DNA of 32,000 bases from Cereibacter sphaeroides 2.4.1 (GCF_000012905.2 NC_007493.2:2850001-2882000); one strand, 5' to 3'; shown: positions 9,341-18,838, numbered from the stretch's first letter. Notes: a model not told the origin generated them from the letters alone. Numbers and translations: made by a program.

Positions 9341-11044
9341 TCACGGTCGATCGGGCGGGTCGGGCAGATCGGGCCGGTCCAGGTCACGAATGGCCAGCGG
9401 AGTATCCTCTGTCTTCGCGAAGGTCCAGCCGATCCGGGCTTCGGAACTCACAAGAACCCCATGCAGCACGATCTGTTTCGTCGCCCGCGGCAACAGATGG
9501 GTGCGGTCGAGATAGACCGAGGGATCGAGCGTCAGGCGCGCCTCGCCCTCGAACTGGAAGCTCCAGCCCTCGCCGCTGGCGAGCCTGAGACCCACGCAGA
9601 GCCCTCCGCCCTCGACCGTGGGCCGCACGTCGGGATGGAGGTGAAAGCGCAGCGCGAAGCGCACGCCCTGCCCTCCGGCGCTCTTCAGCACGGTCTCGAG
9701 CCGTTTCTTCTCGGCCGCGGTCAGTGCGGCCAGCGTATCCGCGCCCGAGAGGCTGCGTCCGTCCGGCGCCAGCAGAAGCTCGCGCCGGTGGGTCAGCCCG
9801 TGCGTCTCGGCCCAGCCGGCATGGACGAGGCCGAGCTGCGCGCCCGCCGCGCTGCGCTGGCGGTGTGCGGAAAGGACGCGGGCGCGCTCGGTCATCTCCT
9901 CGCCCGACCGGCCGAGCCGCGAGGAGGAAAATCCCTCGATGGCGAGCGTCGAATGCGAGGGAGTCGCGCGCCCGGCCCGGTGCCATTCCGCCCCCCAGGC
10001 GCGGCCCGAACCGCAGGAGATGATGACGGGCCTGCGCCCCGAACTCATCTCGAAGCCGAGCGTCGAGGCATGGCCGTGCGGACCCGCGGGCGGATCGGCG
10101 GCATCGACGATCACGCTCGTCCGGCCCACCGACAGGCGCAGATAGCCCATGGCGGCGCCCTCGGTCCGCAGCGGCGGCGCGGTGGCGGCCGCGAGGGCGC
10201 GCTCCACCCGTTCGGCCACGGTCCGGCCGCCGCCGTGGAAGCGGGCCAGCCCGCCGTCGGAATGGCGCAGCGTCCGCAGCACGGGCGCGATCCGGCGCAG
10301 GGCAGCGCGGTGCGGCTCGGCCACGGGGCGGCCCGCGGCCGTCAGGGCGGCCTCGGCCTCGGCCAGCAGCGCAAAAAGCAGGGCCAGATCCTCGGGGCTG
10401 CGCGAGGCGATGGCGCCATGGGCATCGACCTGCGCCTCGGCCTCGCGGCCCAATGCGGTGGCGGCGGCGCCGACATGGCGCTCCATCCCCTCGAGCGCGA
10501 GGCCCGCGCGCAGGATGGCCGCAAGCGCCTCGATCCGGGCCGGGCCGCGCGCCGTCGTCCAGCGGCGGTCGAGAAAGCGCAGCGTCTGCGAGGCGGCGCG
10601 GGCGAGCGTCGCCTGATCGCGGCCCTGCGCCTCGGTCAGCAAGGCCGCATGGCTCATCCAGCGGCCGAGACGGCGCGCCGCGAGCGCAGGCGTCCAGCCG
10701 GGTCCGCGGCCCCGGCCGAAGCGGGCGATCCAGCGGAAGGTCCAGTCCCGCGCCAGCGCCCGTGCGGGCCGGTCTCCCAGCCCCGCCAGATCGTCGAGCC
10801 AGGCAAAGCCGTGGGCCTCGGCCGTCTGCCCGAGCCCGGCCCCCGGCACCTCCCAGGGGGCTGCGCCCGGTGCCTGCACCAGACGCCCCTCGACGAGGAA
10901 GCTGCCGGCCAGCAGCCAGCGTCCGCGCTCGGGCAGGCCGAGCGAGGCCGGTTCGGGGATCGTGGCGAAGCGGCGGGCAGGCCGGTGCAGGAGCGCGCGC
11001 CGCGCGGCAAGCCGGTCGAGGAGCGCCACCCTGCCGTCAGACAC
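9341..11044 (-). CDS. Heparinase II/III-like family protein (function unknown, no signal peptide)
   Basis: 567-aa ORF containing HGHASTLGFEMSSGRRPVIISCGSG, which resembles the conserved heparinase II/III C-terminal core. I recall its position between rsmB and purH as common in alphaproteobacteria. Confidence 0.7.
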   Translation of the reverse strand: MSDGRVALLDRLAARRALLHRPARRFATIPEPASLGLPERGRWLLAGSFLVEGRLVQAPGAAPWEVPGAGLGQTAEAHGFAWLDDLAGLGDRPARALARDWTFRWIARFGRGRGPGWTPALAARRLGRWMSHAALLTEAQGRDQATLARAASQTLRFLDRRWTTARGPARIEALAAILRAGLALEGMERHVGAAATALGREAEAQVDAHGAIASRSPEDLALLFALLAEAEAALTAAGRPVAEPHRAALRRIAPVLRTLRHSDGGLARFHGGGRTVAERVERALAAATAPPLRTEGAAMGYLRLSVGRTSVIVDAADPPAGPHGHASTLGFEMSSGRRPVIISCGSGRAWGAEWHRAGRATPSHSTLAIEGFSSSRLGRSGEEMTERARVLSAHRQRSAAGAQLGLVHAGWAETHGLTHRRELLLAPDGRSLSGADTLAALTAAEKKRLETVLKSAGGQGVRFALRFHLHPDVRPTVEGGGLCVGLRLASGEGWSFQFEGEARLTLDPSVYLDRTHLLPRATKQIVLHGVLVSSEARIGWTFAKTEDTPLAIRDLDRPDLPDPPDRP

Positions 11045-11077
11045 GGCCAGTCCTCCGGGACGGAGCGACGCGCGGGC

Positions 11078-12310
11078 TCATGGTCTGCGCACCCGCGCCA
11101 TGAAGAAGCCGTCCATGCCCCCCGCCTCGGCCCAGAGGTCGGGACGCAGCCGCAGCCCGCCCTCGGCGCCGATCCAGTCGGGCTCGACCCCCGGCAGGGT
11201 GGGCCGCTCGACCGTGAGCTCCGGATGGCGCTCGAGAAGCGCCGCGAGCTGCGCCTCGCCCTCTTCCTCGAGGAGCGAGCAGGTGCAGAAGACGAGCCGC
11301 CCGCCGGGCGCGAGCAGGCCCAGCGCGTGGTCGAGCATCGCCGCCTGCAGCGCGACGAGGCTAGGAAGCTCGCTGCCGTCCTTCACGAAGGGCAGATCGG
11401 GATGGCGGCGGATGGTGCCCGTGGCCGAACAGGGCGCATCGAGCAGGATCGCCTCGAAGGGCCCGCCCTGCCAGGTCAGGAGATCGGCCGCCACCACCTC
11501 GGCCTGCAGGCCCGTCCGCGCGAGATTCTCTCGGAGCCGCCCGAGGCGGGCCTCGGAAATGTCGAGCGCCGTGACGCGCGCGCCCGCCGCGGCGAGCTGG
11601 AGCGTCTTGCCGCCCGGCGCCGCGCAGAGATCGGCCACGGCCTCGCCCGGCTGCGGATCGAGGAGCTTCACCGCGAGGGCCGCCGCCGCATCCTGCACCC
11701 ACCACTGGCCCGCCTCATAGCCGGGCAGTGCCGAGACCTGTCCCGGCGCGCGCAGACGGAAGCTGCCGGTGGGCAGCGGCTCGCCCGGGGCGGAGAGGCC
11801 CGGCCGCGCCGTCAGGTCGAGCGGCGGCGGCGCGGCCTGCACCGCCTCGATGGCGGTGACCACGGCCCGGCCCCAGCGGCGCACGAGCGGCTGGCGCAGC
11901 CACATCGGCAGATGCTGTGCGGGCAGGCCTGCGAAGGAGGCGGGCGCGATCCGGCGCAGGACCGCATTGACCAGCCCCGCCAGATGCTGCGTGCGCCGTC
12001 CGCGCCGCGCGAGATCCACGGCCGAACTCACCACGCCGTGCGGCGCGGCGCCGTCGGCGGCCATCTCGACCGTGGCGAGCCGCAGGATGTTGCGCACCGT
12101 GAGCGGGGGCGCCTTGCGCAGATGCGGCGCGAGCAGCCGGTCGGCCGGGCCCAGATGGCGCAGGACCGAGGAGGCGAGCCGCTGCGCCCGCGCCCGCTCG
12201 GCCGGAGCCGCCGCCGCGGGCAGATCCGCCAGCGCCTGCGACAGGAGCTTGCCCTCGCCCAGCACGGCATCGAGCAGAGTCACCGCCATGCCCCGCGCCT
12301 CGTCCGCCAT
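11078..12310 (-). CDS. rsmB: 16S rRNA (cytosine967-C5)-methyltransferase RsmB/Sun
   Basis: ATG at 12310 gives MADEARGMAVTLLDAVL..., with the SAM motif DLCAAPGGKT and catalytic DAPCSATGTIRRHPD. The track ORF start at 12574 adds 88 Arg/Pro/Ser-rich residues and was rejected. Confidence 0.85.
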   Translation of the reverse strand: MADEARGMAVTLLDAVLGEGKLLSQALADLPAAAAPAERARAQRLASSVLRHLGPADRLLAPHLRKAPPLTVRNILRLATVEMAADGAAPHGVVSSAVDLARRGRRTQHLAGLVNAVLRRIAPASFAGLPAQHLPMWLRQPLVRRWGRAVVTAIEAVQAAPPPLDLTARPGLSAPGEPLPTGSFRLRAPGQVSALPGYEAGQWWVQDAAAALAVKLLDPQPGEAVADLCAAPGGKTLQLAAAGARVTALDISEARLGRLRENLARTGLQAEVVAADLLTWQGGPFEAILLDAPCSATGTIRRHPDLPFVKDGSELPSLVALQAAMLDHALGLLAPGGRLVFCTCSLLEEEGEAQLAALLERHPELTVERPTLPGVEPDWIGAEGGLRLRPDLWAEAGGMDGFFMARVRRP

Positions 12311-12369
12311 GCCGCCTCCTTGTTCCGCCCTTCCCCGGCGGTATATCATGGAGAAAGCCCTTACAAGGA

Positions 12370-12558
12370 ATGCGCGACATGACCGAAGAGACCCGGAAGG
12401 ATCTTCCGCCCGAGGCGCTGCGCGCGCTGGCTGAGGCAGAGGAGCGGCGCCGGCGGGCGAAGGCGCTGGACCTGCCGAAGGAGATCGGCGGACGCAACGG
12501 GCCGGAGCCGGTGCGATTCGGGGACTGGGAGAAGAAGGGGATCGCGATCGACTTCTGA
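12370..12558 (+). CDS. DUF1674 domain protein (SDHAF4-like)
   Basis: 62-aa ORF ending ...GPEPVRFGDWEKKGIAIDF, the characteristic DUF1674 C-terminus. It is divergent from rsmB. Confidence 0.75.
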   Translation: MRDMTEETRKDLPPEALRALAEAEERRRRAKALDLPKEIGGRNGPEPVRFGDWEKKGIAIDF

Positions 12559-12744
12559 GAGCGGGCTCTCTCACCGGCCATGGGACGTGGGGGCGGGAGG
12601 CCGGGGCTCTGCCCCGGACCCCGGGATATTTGGGCCAGAATGAAAGGGCCGCGGGGCGGGGCCGCGCGCGCCATCCGGGGGCTCCGGCATCCGGGGCGGG
12701 CGGGACGCCTGGTTCCTGGAGGCCCGGTTGTGCCGAGCCTGCGG

Positions 12745-12770
12745 GAGCCCGCCCAGATCGCTGCGGGCTC
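12745..12770 (-). terminator. Hairpin immediately downstream of dapB
   Basis: gagcccgc (12745-12752) pairs with gcgggctc (12763-12770) around a 10-nt loop, abutting the dapB stop codon. There is no U-run. Confidence 0.35.
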
Positions 12771-13580
12771 TCAGAGCCCGAGCACGTCCATCATGTCATA
12801 CTGGCCGGGTCGCCTGTCCTGGCCCCAGAGCGCGGCCTTCAGCGCGCCGCGGGCGAAGATCGCGCGGTCGGTGGCGACATGGCGCAGGGTGATGCGCTCG
12901 CCCGCCGCGGCAAAGATCACGTCGTGCTCGCCCACGATGTCGCCGCCCCGGATGGCCGAGAAGCCGATGCTGCCCGGAGCGCGCGGGCCGGTGATGCCGT
13001 CGCGTCCCGACACGCGGGCCTGCGCGAGATCGACGCCGCGTCCGCGCGCGGCAGCCTCGCCCAGCATGAGCGCGGTGCCGGAGGGCGCATCCACCTTCAT
13101 GCGGTGGTGGGCCTCGACCACCTCGATGTCCCAGTCTTCGTCGAGCGCCTCGGCCACCTTCTGCGTGAGCCGCGTGAGCAGATTGACCCCGAGGCTCATG
13201 TTGCCCGCCCGCACGATGACGGCGTGATGCGCGGCCCAGGCGAGCCTTTCCAGATGGGCCGGCTCGAGCCCGGTGGTGCCGATCACATGCACCGCCCGCG
13301 CCTGAGCGGCCAGCTCGGCGAACTGCACCGTGGCCTCGGGCGCGGTGAAGTCGATGACCGCCTGCGCCTGCGCGAAGGCCGCGAGCGGATCGTCGGTCAC
13401 GGTGACGCCGACGGCGGCGCCTCCCATGGCCGCGCCCGCGTCGCGCCCGACCCAGTCGCTGCCCGGCCTTTCGACCGCCCCCACGAGCCGCGCCTTGCCG
13501 GAGGCGAGCACCGTCTTCATCAGCATCTGCCCCATCCGGCCCGAGGCCCCGGTGACGACGATACCCGGCAGATCCGACAT
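12771..13580 (-). CDS. dapB: 4-hydroxy-tetrahydrodipicolinate reductase
   Basis: 269-aa ORF with the N-terminal Rossmann motif VTGASGRMG and the DapB signature [16 protein letters not shown]. Confidence 0.9.
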   Translation of the reverse strand: MSDLPGIVVTGASGRMGQMLMKTVLASGKARLVGAVERPGSDWVGRDAGAAMGGAAVGVTVTDDPLAAFAQAQAVIDFTAPEATVQFAELAAQARAVHVIGTTGLEPAHLERLAWAAHHAVIVRAGNMSLGVNLLTRLTQKVAEALDEDWDIEVVEAHHRMKVDAPSGTALMLGEAAARGRGVDLAQARVSGRDGITGPRAPGSIGFSAIRGGDIVGEHDVIFAAAGERITLRHVATDRAIFARGALKAALWGQDRRPGQYDMMDVLGL

Positions 13581-13826
13581 GACGCGCTCCTTCGCTTTTG
13601 CGCCTTCCTAGCCAGTTGGCGGCCGCCTGCAAAGAGCCGGTCGCCATGCGAGAAGGGTGGGCAGAGGAACCGGGCACCGCCCGCGTCCCTGCACGCCCCT
13701 CCGCATGGGCCCGGCGCCGCCGGGCCGCGGTCGGCGCCCCGGCGATCGCCCCCTCCTGCGCGGCAGCCTGCGGCGCGGGCGCCGGCGGGCGTTGCGGGGC
13801 CGCACGAAAGGCCCTACATGGGCCCC

Positions 13827-14240
13827 ATGGCACACAGATCCCACACCGGCACCGGCCCCTCGCAACGCCAGCTTCGCGTCGGCGAACTCATCCGCCGCAC
13901 TCTGGCGGATGTGCTGAACCGGGGCGAGATCCACGACCCCGAGCTCAACCGCCTGTCCATCACGGTGGGCGAGGTGCGCTGCTCGCCGGATCTGAAGGTG
14001 GCGACCGTCCATGTCATGCCGCTGGGCGGCAAGGATGTGGAGGAGGCGATCTCGCTTCTGTCCAAGCACCGGGGCGAGCTGCGCCACCACATCACCCGGC
14101 AGATGACGCTGAAATACGCGCCCGACCTGCGCTTCCGCCCGGACGAGACCTTCGACCGGCTGGACGAGACGCGGCGGCTGTTCTCGGACAAGACGGTGAT
14201 GCGCGACATCCGCGGCGGCGGAGAGGCGGATGAGGACTAG
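13827..14240 (+). CDS. rbfA: Ribosome-binding factor A
   Basis: MAHRSHTGTGPSQRQLRVGELIRRTLADVLNRGEIHDPEL...TVGEVRCSPDLKVATVHV is the typical RbfA KH-like core. ATG at 13818 (MGPMAHR...) is an alternative start. Only the last part of track ORF 12630-14240 is real. Confidence 0.85.
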   Translation: MAHRSHTGTGPSQRQLRVGELIRRTLADVLNRGEIHDPELNRLSITVGEVRCSPDLKVATVHVMPLGGKDVEEAISLLSKHRGELRHHITRQMTLKYAPDLRFRPDETFDRLDETRRLFSDKTVMRDIRGGGEADED

Positions 14241-14967
14241 GCTCCTGGCCATCCTGCTCGCGGTCTGGCCCGCGGCTTGCGCGACGGCCGAACCCGCCTG
14301 CCGCGATCTCACCTTCGAGGACACGCGCTACAGCCTCTGCGAGGCGCAGGCGGGCGACGACATCCGCATCTTCCAGACTGCGCCGGACGGCAGGCCCTAC
14401 GGCAGTTTCGAACGCATCAACAGCGCGCTGGAGGGCGAGGGACGCCAGCTCGCCTTCGCGATGAACGCGGGGATGTATCATGCCGACCGCCGCCCCGTGG
14501 GGCTGCTGATCGAGGAGGAGGTCGAGCGCGCGCCCCTCGTGACCTCGGCCGGGCCCGGCAATTTCGGACTGCTGCCGAACGGGGTCTTCTGCGTGGGCGA
14601 CGGCTTCCGCGTGATCGAATCGCGCGCCTTTGCCGCCGAACGTCCCACCTGCCGCCATGCGAGCCAGTCGGGACCGATGCTGGTGATCGGGGGCGAGCTT
14701 CATCCGCGTTTCCTCGTGGACAGCGACTCGCGCTACATCCGCAACGGGGTGGGCGTCAGCGCCGACGGCCGCCGCGCGGTCTTCGCCATCTCGAACCGCC
14801 CCGTCACCTTCCACGAATTCGGCCGTCTCTTCCGCGACGAGCTCGGCCTGCCCGAGGCGCTCTATTTCGACGGTTCGATCTCGCGGCTCTACGACCGCGG
14901 CGCGCGCCGGTCCGACTGGGGCACGCCGATGGGGCCGATCGTGGGTCTCGTGGTTCCGAAGCCCTGA
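14230..14967 (+). CDS. Secreted phosphodiester glycosidase family protein (DUF2233-like)
   Basis: 245-aa ORF with signal peptide MRTRLLAILLAVWPAACATA. The segments AFAMNAGMY...GLLPNGVF...GPMLV...RNGVGV...YFDGS resemble DUF2233. Its start overlaps the rbfA end by 11 nt. Confidence 0.7.
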   Translation: MRTRLLAILLAVWPAACATAEPACRDLTFEDTRYSLCEAQAGDDIRIFQTAPDGRPYGSFERINSALEGEGRQLAFAMNAGMYHADRRPVGLLIEEEVERAPLVTSAGPGNFGLLPNGVFCVGDGFRVIESRAFAAERPTCRHASQSGPMLVIGGELHPRFLVDSDSRYIRNGVGVSADGRRAVFAISNRPVTFHEFGRLFRDELGLPEALYFDGSISRLYDRGARRSDWGTPMGPIVGLVVPKP

Positions 14968-15034
14968 GACCGGGCGCCGTTGACGCGCCGGGCGCGAGCG
15001 GCTAGCAGGCGGCCTTCTTTCTGGAGGGACGAGC

Positions 15035-15940
15035 ATGGGACGGACGCGCAAGGGCCGGGCGATCTCGGGCTGGCTGGTGGTGGACAAGCCTGCGGGCATG
15101 ACCTCGACCGCGGTCGTGAACAAGGTGCGCTGGGCGCTCGAGGCGCAGAAGGCGGGCCATGCGGGCACGCTCGACCCCGATGCGACGGGCGTTCTGGCCG
15201 TAGCCCTGGGCGAGGCCACGAAGACCGTGCCCTACATCACCGATGCGCTGAAATGCTACCGCTTCATGGTGCGGCTGGGCCTGTCCACCCGCACCGACGA
15301 CGCGAGCGGCGAGGTGATCGCCACCTCCGAGGCGCGCCCGACGGATGCGGAGATCGAGGCAGCGCTGGCGGCCTTCCGGGGCGAGATCCAGCAGGTGCCG
15401 CCGCAGTTCTCGGCGGTGAAGGTCGAGGGCGAGCGCGCCTATGATCTCGCCCGGGACGGCGAGCGGCTGGATCTGGCGGCCCGTCCGCTCTGGGTCGAAA
15501 GCCTCGAAATCCTTTCGCGGCCCGACGCGGACCATGTCGAGCTGGAGATGGTCTGCGGCAAGGGCGGCTATGTCCGCTCCATCGCGCGCGATCTCGGCGA
15601 GGCGCTCGGCTGCCACGGCCATGTCGCCTGGCTGCGCCGCACCTGGTCGGGGCCGTTCGAGGCCGAGGACGGGATCTCGGTCGCGACCATCGACGAGCTC
15701 GCGCGGAGCGAGGCGCTGCTTTCCCATGTGCTGCCGCTGGCGAAGGGCCTCGCGGATCTGCCCGAACTGCCGGCCACGCCCGAGGGGGCCGCGCGGCTCC
15801 GGTGCGGCAATCCCGGCATGGTCATCGCCTCGGATGTCGAGTTCGGCGAGGAAGCCTGGGCGAGTTTCCAGGGCCAGCCCGTCGCGGTGGGCATCTACAA
15901 GTCGGGCGAGCTGCATCCGAGCCGGGTGTTCAACCTCTGA
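15035..15940 (+). CDS. truB: tRNA pseudouridine(55) synthase
   Basis: 301-aa ORF with [17 protein letters not shown] and the catalytic-Asp motif [14 protein letters not shown]. Confidence 0.9.
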   Translation: MGRTRKGRAISGWLVVDKPAGMTSTAVVNKVRWALEAQKAGHAGTLDPDATGVLAVALGEATKTVPYITDALKCYRFMVRLGLSTRTDDASGEVIATSEARPTDAEIEAALAAFRGEIQQVPPQFSAVKVEGERAYDLARDGERLDLAARPLWVESLEILSRPDADHVELEMVCGKGGYVRSIARDLGEALGCHGHVAWLRRTWSGPFEAEDGISVATIDELARSEALLSHVLPLAKGLADLPELPATPEGAARLRCGNPGMVIASDVEFGEEAWASFQGQPVAVGIYKSGELHPSRVFNL

Positions 15941-16160
15941 TCCGGCGGCGCGGGGCCCTGCGCCCGGCCCTTGCGCAAGCTGCCGGAACGGGGCGCAGAA
16001 TCGGCCATCCCCCCGGATGCTCCTTCCGCTGCGGCAGGTGACACCGTTCCGGGTGCGGCCCCTTGCCGGGGACAGCGCTCCAAGCCTCTCGCGAAAAAGG
16101 GGAAACACACCGCGCCGGAACGGGTTAAGCTCGGGCAAAGGGAATGACAGGAGACGCATC

Positions 16161-17237
16161 ATGGATGCTCAGAAGATCCGGACGACCGAGGGCCGCGGCA
16201 GGCTCTACGACAGCGTGCTCGACACGGTGGGCAACACGCCCGTCATCCGCATCAACAACCTCTCGCCCGAAGGCGTGACGATCTACGTCAAGGCCGAGTT
16301 CTTCAATCCGGCGGCCTCGGTCAAGGACCGGCTCGCGCTGAACATCATTGAGGCGGCGGAACGGTCGGGCAAGCTCAAGCCCGGCATGACCGTCGTCGAG
16401 GCGACCTCGGGCAATACCGGCATCGGACTCGCCATGGTCTGCGCCCAGAAGGGCTATCCGCTGGTCATCACCATGTCCGAAGCCTTCTCGGTCGAGCGGC
16501 GGCGGCTGATGCGGCTTCTGGGCGCGAAGGTCGTCCTGACCCCGCGCGGCGGCAAGGGCTTCGGCATGTATCGCAAGGCGCAGGAGCTGGCCGAGGCGAA
16601 CGGCTGGTTCCTCGCGAGCCAGTTTGAGACCGACGCCAATGCCGACATCCACGAGGCCACCACCGCGCGCGAGATCGTGGCGGATTTCGCGGGCGAGCGG
16701 CTCGACTGGTTCGTGACCGGCTACGGCACCGGGGGCACGGTCACCGGCGTCGCGCGGGTGCTGCGCCGCGAGCGACCGGAGGTGAAGATCGTGCTCTCCG
16801 AGCCTGCGAATGCGCAACTCGTGGCCTCGGGCGTGCCGCAGGACCGCAACGCCGACGGCACTGCGGCCTCGGGCCACCCGGCCTTCGAGGCGCATCCGAT
16901 CCAGGGCTGGACGCCCGACTTCATCCCGAAGGTGCTGCAGGAGGGGCTCGACGCCGGGGCCTATGACGAGCTGATCCCGGTTGCGGGCGAGGACGGGATG
17001 AAATGGGCGCGCGAGCTGGCGGCCAAAGAGGGCATCCTCACCGGCGTCTCGGGCGGTTCCACCTTCGCGGTGGCGCGGCAGGTGGCCGAACGGGCGCCGA
17101 AGGGCTCGGTGATCCTCGCGATGCTGCCCGACACGGGCGAGCGCTACATGTCGACCCCGCTCTTCCAGGCGATCGGCGAGGACATGAACGAGGAGGAGAA
17201 GGCCCTTTCGGCCTCGACGCCGAGCTTCCAGCTCTGA
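16161..17237 (+). CDS. cysK: Cysteine synthase A (O-acetylserine sulfhydrylase), long alphaproteobacterial type
   Basis: ATG at 16161 is preceded by gacaggagac. The product has the PLP-lysine motif FFNPAASVKDR, the TSGNTGIGLA loop and GVSGGS. At 358 aa it has an insertion relative to classical CysK. Only the 3' part of track ORF 15441-17237 is real. Confidence 0.85.
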   Translation: MDAQKIRTTEGRGRLYDSVLDTVGNTPVIRINNLSPEGVTIYVKAEFFNPAASVKDRLALNIIEAAERSGKLKPGMTVVEATSGNTGIGLAMVCAQKGYPLVITMSEAFSVERRRLMRLLGAKVVLTPRGGKGFGMYRKAQELAEANGWFLASQFETDANADIHEATTAREIVADFAGERLDWFVTGYGTGGTVTGVARVLRRERPEVKIVLSEPANAQLVASGVPQDRNADGTAASGHPAFEAHPIQGWTPDFIPKVLQEGLDAGAYDELIPVAGEDGMKWARELAAKEGILTGVSGGSTFAVARQVAERAPKGSVILAMLPDTGERYMSTPLFQAIGEDMNEEEKALSASTPSFQL

Positions 17238-17332
17238 GTCTCGCTGAGGCCGGGCGCTTCGCCGGGCACGCTCCGGCCTCGGCTGACGCGGTGCGCAAGG
17301 GGCCGCGCCGTCATCCCGTCCCGGAGGGAGGA

Positions 17333-17367
17333 GCTGCGCGAGGGGGCATCGAACCCCCTCGCGCAGC
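17333..17367. other. Perfect 14-bp stem hairpin in the 400-nt cysK-DUF1643 spacer
   Basis: gctgcgcgaggggg (17333-17346), loop catcgaa, then ccccctcgcgcagc (17354-17367). It is directly preceded by GGAGGGAGGAG (17323-17333). Confidence 0.6.
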
Positions 17368-17635
17368 CCTGCCGGGGACAATGGACAGCCCGGCACCCAA
17401 ACGGAGCCGGGGAACAGCTGTTTCGCCCCCGATGGGCTGAGACGGATTGCCTGCGTCGTGCCGCCCCCACGCGCCGCGGTCCTTCACGAGCCGCGCGAGC
17501 GCCGCTCTCCGGAACAAGGCCAGCCAGCGTGGAAGCGCAGGCGCCCCTGGCCGGGATCCGCTTCGGCCGGGCAGGCGCGGCCCTTGCCTCTGCCGCCGGG
17601 GCTGCCTTAGGTGGGGGCCTCGAACCGGAGGCCAG

Positions 17636-18148
17636 ATGATCACCCGCAGCTTCGTGAAGGGCGACGCGCCCTCGACGGCGGTCTATTCCGACTGCGAGCG
17701 CTACCGCTATCTCCTGACCCGGGTCTGGGATCCCGAGGGCACGAAGGCGCTGTTCGTCATGCTGAACCCGTCCACGGCCACGGAATTCCAGAACGACCCC
17801 ACCGTCGAGCGCTGCGAGCGGCGGGCGCGCACCCTGGGCTTCGGCGCCTTCCGGGTCTGCAACATCTTCGCCTGGCGCGACACCGATCCGAAGAAGATGC
17901 GCGCCGCGCCCGATCCGGTGGGCAATCCCGAGAACGATGAGGCCATCGCCCATTCCGCGCCCTGGGCCGACCGGATCGTCTGCGCCTGGGGCGCGCATGG
18001 CGCCTTCCTCGACCGCGGGCGGCAGGTGGAGGCGCTGCTCCGGGCGACGGGGCTTCCGCTCCACCATCTCGGGCTGAACCGCGACGGCCAGCCGAAACAT
18101 CCGCTCTACATCGGCTACGACCAGCAGCCGATTCTCTGGGACGCCTGA
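17636..18148 (+). CDS. DUF1643 domain protein
   Basis: ATG at 17636 gives MITRSFVKGDAPSTAVYSDCERYRYLLTRVWDPEGTKALFVMLNPSTA...HPLY, the pattern I associate with DUF1643. The SD ggagg lies at 17627-17631. Confidence 0.7.
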   Translation: MITRSFVKGDAPSTAVYSDCERYRYLLTRVWDPEGTKALFVMLNPSTATEFQNDPTVERCERRARTLGFGAFRVCNIFAWRDTDPKKMRAAPDPVGNPENDEAIAHSAPWADRIVCAWGAHGAFLDRGRQVEALLRATGLPLHHLGLNRDGQPKHPLYIGYDQQPILWDA

Positions 18149-18388
18149 AGCGAGGAACCGGGACCGGACGCTCGCCCTTCCCGGCCGTGGAAAGGCTCGC
18201 GATCAACCGCAGCGCGACCACCCCGGCACCGGCCGATGGCCGCCCGGACGGGGGCTTGCGGGAAAAGCCGCTTTCCTTTCAGGCGTTTTTCCCGTATAGG
18301 CGCGCATCCGCCCTTGCCGGGCGGAAGCCAAGGGCCTTGCTGGACGACATCCCGGCTCGTGCCGTCACCTGCAGATATGGAGTATCCG

Positions 18389-18658
18389 ATGTCGATCACC
18401 GTCGAAGAAAAAGCCCGCCTCATCAAGGAATATGCCACCAAGGAAGGCGACACCGGCTCGCCGGAAGTCCAGGTGGCCGTGCTCAGCTCGCGCATCGCGA
18501 CGCTGACCGAGCACTTCAAGGCCCACAAGAAAGACAACCACTCGCGCCGGGGCCTGCTGATGATGGTGGCGCAGCGCCGCAAGCTGCTCGACTACCTCAA
18601 GAAGAAGGACGAAGGCCGGTACACCGCGCTCATCGCGCGTCTGGGCCTCCGCCGCTGA
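18389..18658 (+). CDS. rpsO: 30S ribosomal protein S15
   Basis: 89 aa: [74 protein letters not shown]..., canonical S15. Confidence 0.95.
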   Translation: MSITVEEKARLIKEYATKEGDTGSPEVQVAVLSSRIATLTEHFKAHKKDNHSRRGLLMMVAQRRKLLDYLKKKDEGRYTALIARLGLRR

Positions 18659-18663
18659 CCTTG

Positions 18664-18690
18664 AAGCGCGCCCTGCGGGGCGCGTTTTCC
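18664..18690 (+). terminator. Rho-independent terminator/attenuator after rpsO
   Basis: cgcgccc (18667-18673), loop tgcg, then gggcgcg (18778-18784 corrected to 18678-18684), followed by tttt (18685-18688). It lies 6 nt after the rpsO stop. Confidence 0.7.
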
Positions 18691-18838
18691 TATTCCGGAC
18701 GCGGGGACGTTCCCCGCGGATGACGGCCTCCCCGACGGGCTCCGCGGGACAGGCCACGGCATAAGACAGGAGCCACGGGCATGCGGCCCGTACGCAACAG
18801 GCCGGGCGGAGGGTCCCCCGGTCAGGACAGGATAAGAG

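Noticed and set aside
12311-12574. N-terminal 88-residue extension of rsmB in the track ORF.
   Set aside because: The sequence is Arg/Ser/Pro-rich. It would overlap the divergent DUF1674 gene, and it is absent from RsmB proteins as I know them.
15941-16160. A possible riboswitch or leader in the 220-nt spacer upstream of cysK (contains AAGCT and GC-rich stems).
   Set aside because: I could not fit any riboswitch consensus I know (for example SAM-II) to it. This is not supportable without a covariance-model scan.
17342-17357. GGGGGCATCGAACCCC, and the similar word at 17613-17628, resemble a tRNA T-arm (GTTCGAA-like).
   Set aside because: No acceptor stem, D-arm or anticodon arm can be drawn around either copy. 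The first copy is simply the loop region of a long perfect hairpin.
17334-17639. A stop-free frame running from just after GGAGGGAGGAG to a TGA that overlaps the DUF1643 ATG, as a possible upstream gene or pseudogene.
   Set aside because: There is no ATG, GTG or TTG near its 5' end. Its third-position GC is clearly lower than in the real genes, and the product is Arg/Ala-rich with no motif. A decayed gene remnant cannot be excluded.
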